Positions 18,190 to 30,013 of a stretch of DNA of 64,000 nucleotides are shown here, in pieces. The notes under the pieces were generated by a model that ran no database searches, was not told the origin of the DNA, and saw only the letters and a program-made list of their open reading frames with translations. The position numbers were made by a program, and so were the translations under genes. How positions within the stretch are numbered: the first letter of the stretch is position 1; every line of letters begins with the position of its first letter. This DNA comes from an uncultured delta proteobacterium (GTDB lineage: Bacteria; Desulfobacterota; Binatia; UBA9968). The stretch spans positions 416,001 to 480,000 of the forward strand of contig CAVUZH010000019.1 of the NCBI GenBank assembly GCA_963745835.1, given 5' to 3'.

Positions 18190-19668
18190 ATGGAAATTAG
18201 ATTCAAAGATATCGGGCCGGAAAGTTTGAAGACCGACCTTTTGGTGGTGCCTGTTTCCGAGAAGAGGCTTGAAGAGACAAGCATTCGCGCACTGGACCGC
18301 CGACTAAAGGGAAAGCTACAGGAGCGCATCCAGAAAAGTAAGTTTGCCGGGACGGAAGGCGCCAGCCTGCTCTACTCGACGGCCGGAGTGCTCCCTGCCG
18401 CAAATCTGCTGCTGATTGGACTCGGTAAGGCCTCGGATGTAGATGCTGAAGTTTGGCGTAGATCCGGAGCGCGGGCCAGACGAGAGGCCACTGCGCTTGG
18501 GCTTGAGGATATCGGATTTTTTTTCTCTCCCGAACGAGATCCCGCTGGCGCTGCGGCGGCAATCGTCGAGGGAGCATTGCTGGCTTCTTACCAGTTCACT
18601 AAATACCGCTCCAACGCCAAGAACCCTTTAGGGATCAAGACTCTCACGCTCCATAAACCCGGGCTGAGTCGCAGCAGCGGTATGGATCAGGCGGTGCGCA
18701 TTACTGAACAAACTGTCGGCGCGGTTTTCTTAGCGCGCGATTTGATCAACGAGCCTCCCTCGGTCACTACGGCACGATATTTAGGCGAACAGGCGGAGCG
18801 TCACTGTCGTGGCCGCGGCCTGTCTGTGGACGTCTGGGGTAAAAAGAAAATCGAATCCATGAAGTTGGCGGGGCTCTTGGCCGTTAATCGCGGCAGTCAA
18901 GAAGAGCCACGTTTTATAACGATTCATTACAAGCCGGCGGGTAAACCTAGGAAGAAAATCGCCCTAATCGGCAAAGGAATCACTTTCGACTCAGGTGGGC
19001 TATCGCTCAAGCCGTCCAAGTCTATGGAGACTATGAAACTGGATATGGCGGGTGGCGCGGCGGTCATTGCCGCCATGAGTCGGCTGCCGGTGCTGCGTCC
19101 GGCAGTTGAGGTCATTGGCTACATCCCGACGACGGATAATCTGCCCGGCCCCAACGCTCAGAAGCCCGGCGATGTCATTCGTTACCTTAATGGCAAAACC
19201 ATCGAGGTCTTGAACACCGACGCCGAAGGCCGTTTGATTCTTGCCGATGCTTTGGCGTTAGCCGCTAAGCAAAAGCCGGATTACATGATCAATTTGGCTA
19301 CCTTGACCGGCGCTTGCATGGTCGCTTTGGGCACGCAGGTGGCCGGTATGTTCAGCAACCACCAAGCTCTCGCCGAGAGAATCATGCGCTGTGCGCAGGA
19401 ATCGGGCGAGAAGCTGTGGCAACTTCCGCTCGTCAAGGAGTATCGCGAGGACATCAAGAGTAGCGTTGCCGATATCAAGAATATTGGTGGCGGCCACGGC
19501 GGCGCGATAACTGCGGCCCTGATACTACAAGAGTTCGTCGAAGAAATTCCCTGGGCTCATCTCGACATCGCGGGGCCCGCATATACCGACCGCGACATTG
19601 CCACCTGTCCCAAGGGCGGAACCGGATTTGGCGTGCGCACCCTGCTGAGATTTCTTATGACCGTATAG
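18190..19668 (+). CDS. pepA: Leucyl aminopeptidase (M17)
   Basis: GKGITFDSGG, MKLDMAG, NTDAEGRL, WAHLDIAG. Confidence 0.95.
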   Translation: MEIRFKDIGPESLKTDLLVVPVSEKRLEETSIRALDRRLKGKLQERIQKSKFAGTEGASLLYSTAGVLPAANLLLIGLGKASDVDAEVWRRSGARARREATALGLEDIGFFFSPERDPAGAAAAIVEGALLASYQFTKYRSNAKNPLGIKTLTLHKPGLSRSSGMDQAVRITEQTVGAVFLARDLINEPPSVTTARYLGEQAERHCRGRGLSVDVWGKKKIESMKLAGLLAVNRGSQEEPRFITIHYKPAGKPRKKIALIGKGITFDSGGLSLKPSKSMETMKLDMAGGAAVIAAMSRLPVLRPAVEVIGYIPTTDNLPGPNAQKPGDVIRYLNGKTIEVLNTDAEGRLILADALALAAKQKPDYMINLATLTGACMVALGTQVAGMFSNHQALAERIMRCAQESGEKLWQLPLVKEYREDIKSSVADIKNIGGGHGGAITAALILQEFVEEIPWAHLDIAGPAYTDRDIATCPKGGTGFGVRTLLRFLMTV

Positions 19669-19685
19669 AAAAGGAGACAACCATC

Positions 19686-20012
19686 GTGGGAAAAATCACT
19701 GAAGTTGGCGACAACAATTTCGACGTTGAAGTGATCCAAAGTAGCGTGCCGGTGCTGGTCGATTTCTGGGCCCCCTGGTGCGGTCCATGCCGGTCGATCG
19801 CGCCAATTGTCGAAGAAATCGCCGGAGAGTACGAAGGCAAACTGAAAGTAACTAAACTCAACGTCGATGAGCATCCCGCCACAGCATCGCGCTACGGCAT
19901 TCGCGGCATCCCAAATCTGCTTATACTCAAGTCCGGCGCGGTAAAAGAACAAATCGTTGGCGCCGTCCCCAAAGCAAAACTGGTCAGCGCAATCGACAAA
20001 GCCCTACAGTAA
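19686..20012 (+). CDS. trxA: Thioredoxin
   Basis: WCGPC; AAGGAG SD before GTG. Confidence 0.96.
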   Translation: MGKITEVGDNNFDVEVIQSSVPVLVDFWAPWCGPCRSIAPIVEEIAGEYEGKLKVTKLNVDEHPATASRYGIRGIPNLLILKSGAVKEQIVGAVPKAKLVSAIDKALQ

Positions 20013-20147
20013 GAAGATACGGGTTGTTTGAAGGGGTTACTTGATTCGAACAAGCATCAGCTTTACCGCAGGCATCCGAACCAGGAGGCTCAGCGTCTCA
20101 ATGATCGATGCTCGAGTTGCAAAACGGACTGTTCGGACTCGCTCTCC

Positions 20148-21251
20148 TCAGAAAGTGTACCGGCGCATACTGACGTTTATCATCATGCCGACTGCGAACA
20201 TCATTGATGCCAGTGCCGACCCGCCATAGCTGAATAGCGGCAATGGGACGCCCACTACCGGCATCAGGCCCGCCACCATGGACACATTGATCACCACATG
20301 CCAGAACAGGATTGCCACCATGCCGAAGATTAACAGCGCGCCGAATCGATCTTTGGCTCGTTCAAAGAGCTTAAGACAATAGACCATCATGGCAAAATAA
20401 CAGGCAAGCAAAACGAAACAGCCGACAAAGCCCCACTCCTCGGAAAACACTGCGAAGATAAAATCAGTATGCTGAGCCGGCAAGAAATCCAGCCGGTTTT
20501 GGCTACCGTGCAAGTAGCCTTTGCCGAACATCATTCCTGATCCGATCGCAATCTGTGATTGAATGACGTGGTATCCTGCACCCAGCGGATCACGATCAGG
20601 ATCAAAAAATGTCAGCACACGCTGCCGCTGGTAAGGCCACAGGAGATTCCATCCAATTGGCAGAAATGCCAGCCCGGCAGCGGCCAAACCGAGAAATGAC
20701 TTTAATCGCAGCCCGCCGATCAGCATCATACTCATAAAAACCAGGCCGAGAATAATCGCAGTGCCAAGATCAGGTTGAACCAGCGTCAGTAATATTAACG
20801 GCGCAACCAATACGAACGGCGCCCAAAGGTCACGTAAATAATAGCCCCGCGACGGCTCGCTATCTTGAAAATATTTCGCCATCACCAAGACAATGGCCAG
20901 CTTTGCCGGCTCCGAGGGCTGCAGTCTGAAGAACCCGAGATTAATCCAGCGCTGCGAGCCACCTCCTGAATGTCCGACAAAGAAAACCGATATCAGCAGA
21001 AGTAAGATCAACCCGTAAAACGGATATGCCAGCCGATCGACGTAGTGGTAATCAAACGCAATGGTGGTGAACATAACCGCGAGTCCCAGCCCCAGCCAAA
21101 GGAGCTGGCGCGAAGGGAGGCCCCCGGCATGCTCCGCCGTGATGTCGTAATTGGCGCTATAGATGGTCACGATCCCCATGCCGACGAAGGCAAGGGTTAG
21201 AAGAAACAGAGGCCAATCGAAATGTGAAATGAGGCGGCGATCAATCTGCAA
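20148..21251 (-). CDS. rodA: Rod shape-determining SEDS protein RodA
   Basis: QPSEPAK, QPDLGT, GYHVIQS.IAIGSG, HTDFIF, SYGGS; last gene of the mre operon. Confidence 0.95.
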   Translation of the reverse strand: MQIDRRLISHFDWPLFLLTLAFVGMGIVTIYSANYDITAEHAGGLPSRQLLWLGLGLAVMFTTIAFDYHYVDRLAYPFYGLILLLLISVFFVGHSGGGSQRWINLGFFRLQPSEPAKLAIVLVMAKYFQDSEPSRGYYLRDLWAPFVLVAPLILLTLVQPDLGTAIILGLVFMSMMLIGGLRLKSFLGLAAAGLAFLPIGWNLLWPYQRQRVLTFFDPDRDPLGAGYHVIQSQIAIGSGMMFGKGYLHGSQNRLDFLPAQHTDFIFAVFSEEWGFVGCFVLLACYFAMMVYCLKLFERAKDRFGALLIFGMVAILFWHVVINVSMVAGLMPVVGVPLPLFSYGGSALASMMFAVGMMINVSMRRYTF

Positions 21252-23124
21252 CGATCTCTCCTGGCGCCCGGGCTTGTTGTTGATCCTTTGGCTGGTTTTT
21301 CATTTCGATGTATTTCTCGAAAACTTTTTTTGCCATGGGAGCAGCGGCTTCACCGCCGTGCCCGCCGTGCTCTACCAACACGACGATGGCGACTTGTGGA
21401 TTCTCGACCGGCGCATAGGCGACGAACCAGGCATGGTCGCGGTTAAAATAAGAGAGTTGCTCGCTCTTGAGATAAGCTGCCTTCATCTCGACAACCTGCG
21501 CTGTGCCGGTCTTGCCGGCGACCGATATCATGTTCGAACGCGCCGCCCCACCGGTGCCGCCTCTGCCTCGCACCACATCAGCTAGAGCCGTCTGAACCCG
21601 CTGTAAGGTGGTTGGCTTCAAATTGATGGTGCGAATCCTTTCGGGCCCATACTCGCGCACCATTGTGCCATCCACAGACTCAACTTTGTTGACGATGCGC
21701 GGGCGATAAAGAGTCCCTCCGTTGGCCACCGCCGCCATCATATTGGCGAGTTGCAATGGAGTGGTCGTTAAATACCCCTGGCCGATTGCCACCGAGGGTG
21801 TTTCGCCCGGATACCAGGGCTGACGGTAACGCTTTCTCTTCCACGCGGTGTCCGGCACCAGTCCGTCTTTTTCATCGTCGAGAAAAGCACCGGTTTTTTC
21901 GCCCAACCCGAAGGCGCGGGAATACTTGGCGATCTTGTCTATGCCCAGGCGCTGGCCGAGCTGATAGAAATAGACATCGCAGGATTCGACGATTGCCTTG
22001 TGCAGGTCGACCGAGCCATGACCGCCCTTCTTCCAATCACGGAAGCTGCGATTCCCGAACGGGAAAAAACCGGGATCAGAAATCCGCGCATCCGGGTCAA
22101 TCACGCCTTCTTCAAGTCCGGCGATCGCCATGATGATTTTGAACGTCGATCCCGGAGGATACTGTCCTTGAATCGCGCGATTATTAAGCGGCCGCAGCCT
22201 ATCTTTTGTCAGGGTGCGCCATTCTTCAGGTTTGATTCCCCGGGCAAAGAGATTGGGGTCGAACGCCGGCGTGCTCACCATCGTCAAAATCGCGCCGGTC
22301 TGAATGTCCAGCGCTACAATGGTTCCTTCCTTGCCTTTGAGCGCTTCGTAAGCGGTTTGCTGCAGCTGCCGGTCCAGCGTGAGGTGAACCGTGTAACCGG
22401 GAACATCAACCACTTCGTGCAGCACCCTCACACGCCGTCCTAAGGCATCGACTTCAACCTGCTGCCCGCCGTTTTGGCCTTTAAGAAATCCCTCCCATCT
22501 CTTTTCTAAGCCATACTGGCCGATCTCATCACCGGATCCGTAGCCCTGCTCTTTAAGAATCTTGAGCTGCTTGGGGCCGATCTCACCAAGATAGCCCAAC
22601 ACATGCGCCGCCATCGGGCCGTCAGCGTAGTTGCGCCGGGGTCGTACCCGCAAGTTGACCCCCGGAAGATCGAGCTGATGTGTTTCGACTGCTACCACCG
22701 TGGCCCAATCCACATCCCGCCCTAAGATGATTTCATCGAATGCGGCGCGACTCTTGTTCTCCTCGAAAACTGCAATGAGCTCATGCTCCGGTCGCCCCAA
22801 GTACTTCGCCAGTTGCCGCAATGTGCTTTGCGGGTCTCCCGCATCTTCGGGCACAAACAACAGGTCAAATGATGGTCGGCTGTCAACCATCAACTCGCCT
22901 TGACGATCCATGATCATGCCACGGGTGCCGGGAACTCTCTTGATTCGCACCCGGTTGTTCTCAGAAAGGAAAGTATAGCGTTCGCCCTGAGCAATCTGGA
23001 GAACCGCCAGGCGTGACATGATTCCGAGAAAAGCGATAATTAAAACAAGATAAACAAACCGCGTACGGACGCGGAGTTCCGGGGCGCCATCTTTTCGAGC
23101 CACATCGCCGAGAATAGCCATCAA
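21241..23124 (-). CDS. mrdA: Penicillin-binding protein 2
   Basis: YPPGSTFK (SxxK), SCDVYFY, GKTGTAQ. Confidence 0.95.
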   Translation of the reverse strand: MMAILGDVARKDGAPELRVRTRFVYLVLIIAFLGIMSRLAVLQIAQGERYTFLSENNRVRIKRVPGTRGMIMDRQGELMVDSRPSFDLLFVPEDAGDPQSTLRQLAKYLGRPEHELIAVFEENKSRAAFDEIILGRDVDWATVVAVETHQLDLPGVNLRVRPRRNYADGPMAAHVLGYLGEIGPKQLKILKEQGYGSGDEIGQYGLEKRWEGFLKGQNGGQQVEVDALGRRVRVLHEVVDVPGYTVHLTLDRQLQQTAYEALKGKEGTIVALDIQTGAILTMVSTPAFDPNLFARGIKPEEWRTLTKDRLRPLNNRAIQGQYPPGSTFKIIMAIAGLEEGVIDPDARISDPGFFPFGNRSFRDWKKGGHGSVDLHKAIVESCDVYFYQLGQRLGIDKIAKYSRAFGLGEKTGAFLDDEKDGLVPDTAWKRKRYRQPWYPGETPSVAIGQGYLTTTPLQLANMMAAVANGGTLYRPRIVNKVESVDGTMVREYGPERIRTINLKPTTLQRVQTALADVVRGRGGTGGAARSNMISVAGKTGTAQVVEMKAAYLKSEQLSYFNRDHAWFVAYAPVENPQVAIVVLVEHGGHGGEAAAPMAKKVFEKYIEMKNQPKDQQQARAPGEIVAD

Positions 23125-23624
23125 TAATACAACCCGGGTATCTGGACCTTTTCGAGATAGGTTTGGCCGCGGCGCAAGAGCGCAAAGACGAACGGAGCCA
23201 GCAGTGCAGCGACCAAAGCTTCAAGTAGTATATACCGTAAGGCCCCCATCCAGAAGCCTTCGGTGCTGAGAAAAATCACGGAGACCAACACTAACGCGAC
23301 TCCCTTGACCAATGAAGCCAAGAGAACAACCACGGCGCTGACCAGGTGATTATGAAGCCAGATTGAACGAGAGCTGAGGTAGACGGCCAGGAATACCAGT
23401 GACATTGCGAACGCGTTGATACCCAAGATCGGGCTGGAAACAACATCAACCGAGTAGCCCAATACAAACGAGGCCAGAACAGCGCCGACGGTCGGATGGT
23501 GCAGCCCCCAGTAAACGCAAAGAACAAGTATCAAATCAGGAACCAAGGGAAAAAAATGGAGGAAAGTCGTTTGTAGCAGAACCATCAGGAGTCCAATGGC
23601 GAATAAGAGCAACGAGAGTTTCAT
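23121..23624 (-). CDS. mreD: Rod shape-determining protein MreD
   Basis: Hydrophobic 167 aa with PDL motif between mreC and mrdA. Confidence 0.85.
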   Translation of the reverse strand: MKLSLLLFAIGLLMVLLQTTFLHFFPLVPDLILVLCVYWGLHHPTVGAVLASFVLGYSVDVVSSPILGINAFAMSLVFLAVYLSSRSIWLHNHLVSAVVVLLASLVKGVALVLVSVIFLSTEGFWMGALRYILLEALVAALLAPFVFALLRRGQTYLEKVQIPGLYY

Positions 23625-23642
23625 GTCCGACCCACAGAACCG

Positions 23643-24476
23643 TTATTTCGCGGCTGATCTCCCTTCGGCGCTGACTACCAGCACGATTTCAGTGCGAGCA
23701 AGACTGACCGCCGGAATGACCTCGATGACTTGAAACAAACCCAAACTCTCTTTGCGCACCTTGGTGATCGTGCCGACCATCAAGCCTTTGAGAAACACCC
23801 CATCGAGACCCGACGTGATAAGCCGATCGCCAACCTGAACATCCTCAGTACGTTTGATGTATTTCAGCACCGTGCCATTTTCCAACGAGCCCGACACAAT
23901 GCCCCGCGCGCGAGTGCGCTGCACCATGACATCGATTCCACTGTTGGAATCGGTGAGCAACAAAACCTTGGCGCTTCGCGCCGCCACGTCCACGACTCGT
24001 CCCACAACTCCCAAAGGCGTAACTACAGACATTCCCTTGCGCACTCCGTCGGCAGTGCCTTTATCGATGGAGCAGCTCTGAAACCAGTTGCTCGCGCTGT
24101 TGGCAATAATCGAGGCTGTGATGCCGGCAGCTGGCAAATGCGAGCGGAAATCCAATAAGTGTCGGAGTTGCTGATTGGTTGCTTCCGCTTCCAAAAATCG
24201 ATTTCGCTCCATCTCAAGCTCTAAGATACGTTCTCTGAGCCGTTCATTTTCAGCCTTGTAGCCGGCTGCCGTGAGATGGCTTTCCTGCAATCCCTTGATC
24301 CAGCTCGTGGTTGCATGCGCTGCAATCTGCAATGGCCGGATTAGCCATAGCAGAAGCGGTCCGATGGGATCGTTTTTGAGCTGGCCGCGAGCAGCCGCGG
24401 TCATTATATAGAGGGATAAGACAATGCAGAAACAGCAGCTAAGAGGAATTTGGTACTTGCGAAAAAAAGCGAGCAT
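23643..24476 (-). CDS. mreC: Rod shape-determining protein MreC
   Basis: TM + coiled coil (ENERLR), IDKG..DGV, GVVGRV, TSGLDGVF. Confidence 0.92.
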   Translation of the reverse strand: MLAFFRKYQIPLSCCFCIVLSLYIMTAAARGQLKNDPIGPLLLWLIRPLQIAAHATTSWIKGLQESHLTAAGYKAENERLRERILELEMERNRFLEAEATNQQLRHLLDFRSHLPAAGITASIIANSASNWFQSCSIDKGTADGVRKGMSVVTPLGVVGRVVDVAARSAKVLLLTDSNSGIDVMVQRTRARGIVSGSLENGTVLKYIKRTEDVQVGDRLITSGLDGVFLKGLMVGTITKVRKESLGLFQVIEVIPAVSLARTEIVLVVSAEGRSAAK

Positions 24477-24523
24477 TGAAGGCTCGAACGTGCAGGAGCA
24501 GGAGACATTGCGGGTCTCGAAAC

Positions 24524-25567
<1,044 letters not shown>

Positions 25568-25761
25568 TTATTAGCGCGAAAAGAAGAAGACTAAAGCAGC
25601 GTAAAAATAGCAGATTTGTCACTACCAAGCAAGAAAATGAAATTTTCACCAGGGTAGAAACTGGTGAATTATGCGATGGTTGCATTGCCAATGACCTTTC
25701 CCTATCATTAATCTTCTCTCAAATACGCTCTTCCGACCTAACGCTGAAAGGCTTGTCGCGC

Positions 25762-27672
25762 ATGCTCGATTTTCTAAGAAAAAAGAAACGGTCCTGGATC
25801 ATCACCATACTATTGGGCCTGATTATTGTCGTCTTTATCGCATTTTACGGCGGCTCCCAGCAGCCGACCGGCGTCACCTCTCACGTCGCGGAAGTAAACG
25901 GTGAAAGCATCTCGCAGCGAGAATTCATAGTGCACTACCAGCGCGCCGTGGAACGCTACCGCGAAATGTTCAAAGGTTCTTTTACGCCGGAACTGCTGAA
26001 AAATTTAAATATCAAGCAGTCGCTGTTGGAAGAGATGATCGAGGCCCGTTTAGTGCTTCAGGAAGCGCGCCGTTTAGGTCTCAGCGCCACCGATGAAGAA
26101 CTCATGAATGCCATCGCGCAAGTCCCCGAGTTCCATGTCAACGGCCGGTTTAATAAGGAGCGCTATATACAGCTTCTTCGTGCCAATCGGCTGACTCCAG
26201 CGCAGTTCGAAGAAGATCAGAGAAAACAGCTCACCATCCAACGCTTACTCGGAGTTCTCGCCGACGCCGCGCATGTGACTGAAGCCGAGGTGCGCGAGCG
26301 CTATCGCTTCGAACAGGAAAAGATCAATCTGCAGTTTATCCGGTTTTCAGTCAGCGACAACTTATCTGAGGTAGAGATCAATGACGAAGATGTCCAGAAA
26401 TTTTATGACCGTAACAAGGAATCCCTCAAGGAGCCGCTCAAAGTTCAAGTAGAATACATCCCCTATTCTTTCGAACAGTTCTCCGGCCCGGTGCACCTCA
26501 CTGATAAGGAGGTTGAGGAATATTACAGCGCCAACCGCGCAACCAAGTTTACCACGCCCAAACAGGCAAAGGTCCGTTACATAATGATTCGTCTCGATGC
26601 CGGAGCAGACGCTAAACAGAAAGAGGCTGCTCAAGTTCGGGCGAATCGGATCGTCGCAGAGGCGCGTGGAGGAAAGAATTTCGCCGAATTAGCCAAAAAG
26701 GAATCGCAGGATCCCAGCGCAGAAAAAGGTGGAGAGATCGGCTGGCTCAATCAAGGACAATTGCCGGAAGCTCTGGACAAGCAGATATTCGCGTTGGCTA
26801 AAGGAGAAATCAGCGAGCCTATCGAAACGCCGGTGGGTTTCCACATCGTCAAAGTCGAAGATATCAAGGAAGAAAAAACACTGAGCTTGGCCGAGGCGAA
26901 ACCGGTTATCACGCGCGAGCTCAAACTTGAAAAAGGAAAGTACGAGGCGGCAAAGATCGCCGATCGCGACCGCGAAAAAGCGGCCTCCGGCAATGATCTC
27001 GCCAAGATCGCGCAAGACAGCGGCTTGTCGCTAAAGACAACCCGACTGTTCAGCGAGGGAGAAGTATTGCCCGAGATTGGCCCAACGCAAGACTTCTACA
27101 AGACAGCGCTAGCACTGAAAGCCAAGGAGGTTAGTTCAGTCATCGAAGGACCGAATGCCTACTATGTTCTCAAAGCGAAAGAACGTACGGAAGCAGTTGT
27201 TCCGCCGCTGGACGCGGTCCGCGGTAAAATCGAGAAAGGTCTGAAAGAATCAAAGGCTTATGAAATGTCCGTGCAGCAAGCTAACGATTCGCTCGATCAA
27301 GTCAAAAAAGAACCGAACCTTGCAAAATTTGCTCGTGATAAAAAACTGAAGCTGGAGGAAACCGGATGGTTCGCCCGCAACACACAACAGTTGCCCAAAG
27401 TGGGCGAGCTGCAAAATCTCACGGCCGGAAGTCTGGCACTCTCCGCGCGCAAACCTATTCCCGATAGGATTTTCACGCAAGCTGACGCAGCCTTCGTGTT
27501 TGCCTTCAAAGAGGCGCAACCGGCTGACATGGCTCAGTTTGAGAAGGATAAGAGCCAACTGATGCAACAGGCATTAGCCGAGGCCCGCCAGCGGATCCTG
27601 TTAAAGTTCAAAGACGAGCTCAAAGCCAAGGCCAAGATCGAAATTAATTCCGGGCCTCTTGAAGAAATCTGA
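25762..27672 (+). CDS. PpiD-like membrane-anchored chaperone (SurA_N + parvulin)
   Basis: MLDFLRK..TM, VAEVNGESIS, F.ELAKKESQDPSAEKGGEIGW, GFHIVKV. Confidence 0.88.
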   Translation: MLDFLRKKKRSWIITILLGLIIVVFIAFYGGSQQPTGVTSHVAEVNGESISQREFIVHYQRAVERYREMFKGSFTPELLKNLNIKQSLLEEMIEARLVLQEARRLGLSATDEELMNAIAQVPEFHVNGRFNKERYIQLLRANRLTPAQFEEDQRKQLTIQRLLGVLADAAHVTEAEVRERYRFEQEKINLQFIRFSVSDNLSEVEINDEDVQKFYDRNKESLKEPLKVQVEYIPYSFEQFSGPVHLTDKEVEEYYSANRATKFTTPKQAKVRYIMIRLDAGADAKQKEAAQVRANRIVAEARGGKNFAELAKKESQDPSAEKGGEIGWLNQGQLPEALDKQIFALAKGEISEPIETPVGFHIVKVEDIKEEKTLSLAEAKPVITRELKLEKGKYEAAKIADRDREKAASGNDLAKIAQDSGLSLKTTRLFSEGEVLPEIGPTQDFYKTALALKAKEVSSVIEGPNAYYVLKAKERTEAVVPPLDAVRGKIEKGLKESKAYEMSVQQANDSLDQVKKEPNLAKFARDKKLKLEETGWFARNTQQLPKVGELQNLTAGSLALSARKPIPDRIFTQADAAFVFAFKEAQPADMAQFEKDKSQLMQQALAEARQRILLKFKDELKAKAKIEINSGPLEEI

Positions 27673-27687
27673 TTCGCCTCTGTATTG

Positions 27688-28305
27688 ATGCAAATCGTCT
27701 TGCTTCGCCATGGGGCGACAGATTGGAATCTTCAAGGCCGCTGCCAAGGTTCGAGTGATCGCCGGCTGACCGAAGTGGGCCTGCGCCAAGCCGAGCAGAT
27801 TTCAACTCAGCTCAGCAACGAAACCATTCATGCTGTTTATTCGAGCAGTCTTGAGCGGGCGCGCCAAACCGCGCAGCTGGTGAGCCGACCGCACAATCTT
27901 CCGGTCATGATCGAGGATGACGTACGTGAGCTCGACCATGGCGAATTGGAGGGACTGACTTTTAACGAGATCAAGGAGAAGTATTCCGAATTTCTAACGG
28001 GCTGGAGAACCGCGCCCGCGGAACTCCAGGTACCTGGCGGAGAAAGGCTCGCCGATGTTGCCGAGAGAGCCTGGGACGCTTTGACACGCATCGCGCAGCG
28101 TCATCAAACAGATCATACCGTGATCGTGGTAAGTCATAACTTTCCTATTCTTGGCGTCGTTTGCCGGGTGACTGGAACCGATCTAAACAATTATCGATCA
28201 TTTCATCTCGATCCCTGCGGCATCACGCGGATTACTCAGCACCGCGATAATATCTGGAAAGTCACTCACGTTAATAGCAGGCCCTACAGCTTGCCGCGGC
28301 CATAG
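27688..28305 (+). CDS. Histidine phosphatase (phosphoglycerate mutase family)
   Basis: LLRHG.TDWN, SS.LERA.QTA, PGGE, VSH. Confidence 0.9.
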   Translation: MQIVLLRHGATDWNLQGRCQGSSDRRLTEVGLRQAEQISTQLSNETIHAVYSSSLERARQTAQLVSRPHNLPVMIEDDVRELDHGELEGLTFNEIKEKYSEFLTGWRTAPAELQVPGGERLADVAERAWDALTRIAQRHQTDHTVIVVSHNFPILGVVCRVTGTDLNNYRSFHLDPCGITRITQHRDNIWKVTHVNSRPYSLPRP

Positions 28306-28331
28306 GCGCTTCGAGAGCCGGGCCTTTATTT

Positions 28332-29897
28332 TTACGAAGAATCCGCGTTAGCGTGCCTCCGTTTACCTGGAGCGAACGAGAAGGCCAGGAATAACAAGGC
28401 GAGCAGTATATAACTGGCTGCAAACTCAGGAGCTTCAAGCAAGCCGAAACGCGCGGCTACGCCGGCGGGCGTCAATTCGTAGGCGTGGATAAGGCCGATG
28501 GCGGAGAAAGCCGCTGCAGCTAAGGACCAGCCAGCCGCTTTTTTAAATTGTCTTTCGATCAAGGCAACACCAATGGCCGCAAGAATCATCGAGGTAAAAA
28601 TAAACCCTTGCTGAAGCGAGATCATGCCATGCATCGCGGGGTTTTGGCCAAAAGGCGCAAGTCCGACTGAATGCAACGATTTGCCCGCGACGCGCACACC
28701 GGTCTCGACCATTAACAGCCCCCATGCGGCCAATGCCGGCACAATCCCCAGCGCCACTGCCGGGGCATGTTCCTTTGGCGTCTCCTGAAAAGATTGGGCA
28801 ACAATGATAACGCCGATATAGAGAAGAATACCGATGCCGGACTCCAGCGGAATAAACGCAAGCACGGCTTGAATCGTTCCGGTGAGGCAAATCAACGCAA
28901 TGAAAAGACCGTTCAAAACCGAGTATCCGGAGCGCGCGCCGAGCCGCTTCCAGCCTGGATGGCCGATGTAAATCGTGGTCGGGAAAACGCTGCCGAGCAA
29001 AGCCGCCACCACGGAGCCCACGCCGTTGGCCAGCAGCGACGGAAAGGCTCGATAGCGATCTCCGGCGGCTTCCGCGCTTTCGATATTCTGCAGTGATCCA
29101 ACAACGTTGAAAATTCCCATTGGAATGATCACTGAAAGATAATTCAAAAATGCCGGATGGCGCAGCGCCTCGAGTAAGGAACCGCCGGTGAAATCGGGCC
29201 GTGCTAAAGCGAAATCGATGCTGGGCGGCGGACCTTTTACAGCTCCCAGCCACCATCCCAAAAGTGTTCCCACGGCGACAGCCACCATTCCGCCGGGCAG
29301 CCCGAGCGGAAATTTTTGCTGTGAGAAATAGGCGATAAAAATTAGTGCCAATGGAATCAGCGCCACCAAAGGCTGCGCGAAGATCCGGAAGGTAAAATCC
29401 ATCGAAATGAAAGTGATCGCGATGCCCGCCAAAGCTGAAAGTAACGCCGCCCGCGGCGTTACGCTACGGACGCGATCGGCGACAAAGGCTCCCGCGATTT
29501 CGATGACGCCATTAAGAAAACAAGCGACCAAGCCGACTTTCCATGCCCAAACCGGATCCTGCGTCTCCTGATAGATCGGCATCATGATGAAGAAAATAAA
29601 CGCGAACAGGCTGACCGTATTGATACCGTAAGGCAGCGCGGTGACGTCGTCTCGACCGGTTTCGCGCGCCAGCCGCCGCGCCTGCCATGCGTAAAACAGG
29701 TTGCCAACCAATATGGAAAACGCGGCGCCGGGTAGAATTTTGCCGAATATATATTCGTCGGGAAGATGGATCAGCTCGCGGCACAGGCTGACAATCAGGA
29801 TTAGCTGAATCAGATTATCGATCATCAATCCGAAAAAGCCGTCGAGATCTTTACGGACAAACCATGCTGGATTGAATGGATGTTGAGGCATATGCAA
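28332..29897 (-). CDS. NCS2/AzgA-like permease
   Basis: DLDGFFGL..DNL, TALPYGINT, FPTTIYIGHPGWK; many TM helices. Confidence 0.8.
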   Translation of the reverse strand: MHMPQHPFNPAWFVRKDLDGFFGLMIDNLIQLILIVSLCRELIHLPDEYIFGKILPGAAFSILVGNLFYAWQARRLARETGRDDVTALPYGINTVSLFAFIFFIMMPIYQETQDPVWAWKVGLVACFLNGVIEIAGAFVADRVRSVTPRAALLSALAGIAITFISMDFTFRIFAQPLVALIPLALIFIAYFSQQKFPLGLPGGMVAVAVGTLLGWWLGAVKGPPPSIDFALARPDFTGGSLLEALRHPAFLNYLSVIIPMGIFNVVGSLQNIESAEAAGDRYRAFPSLLANGVGSVVAALLGSVFPTTIYIGHPGWKRLGARSGYSVLNGLFIALICLTGTIQAVLAFIPLESGIGILLYIGVIIVAQSFQETPKEHAPAVALGIVPALAAWGLLMVETGVRVAGKSLHSVGLAPFGQNPAMHGMISLQQGFIFTSMILAAIGVALIERQFKKAAGWSLAAAAFSAIGLIHAYELTPAGVAARFGLLEAPEFAASYILLALLFLAFSFAPGKRRHANADSS

Positions 29898-30013
29898 CGG
29901 GTTTAAAGGATTGGCAGAATCTAGCCGTCACTATATTCCCTGTCAAACGTTATACGTGCCGGTCCACTCCACCTTGAAAGATCGGGCCGCGGTGGATAAG
30001 ACTAAACCAACCT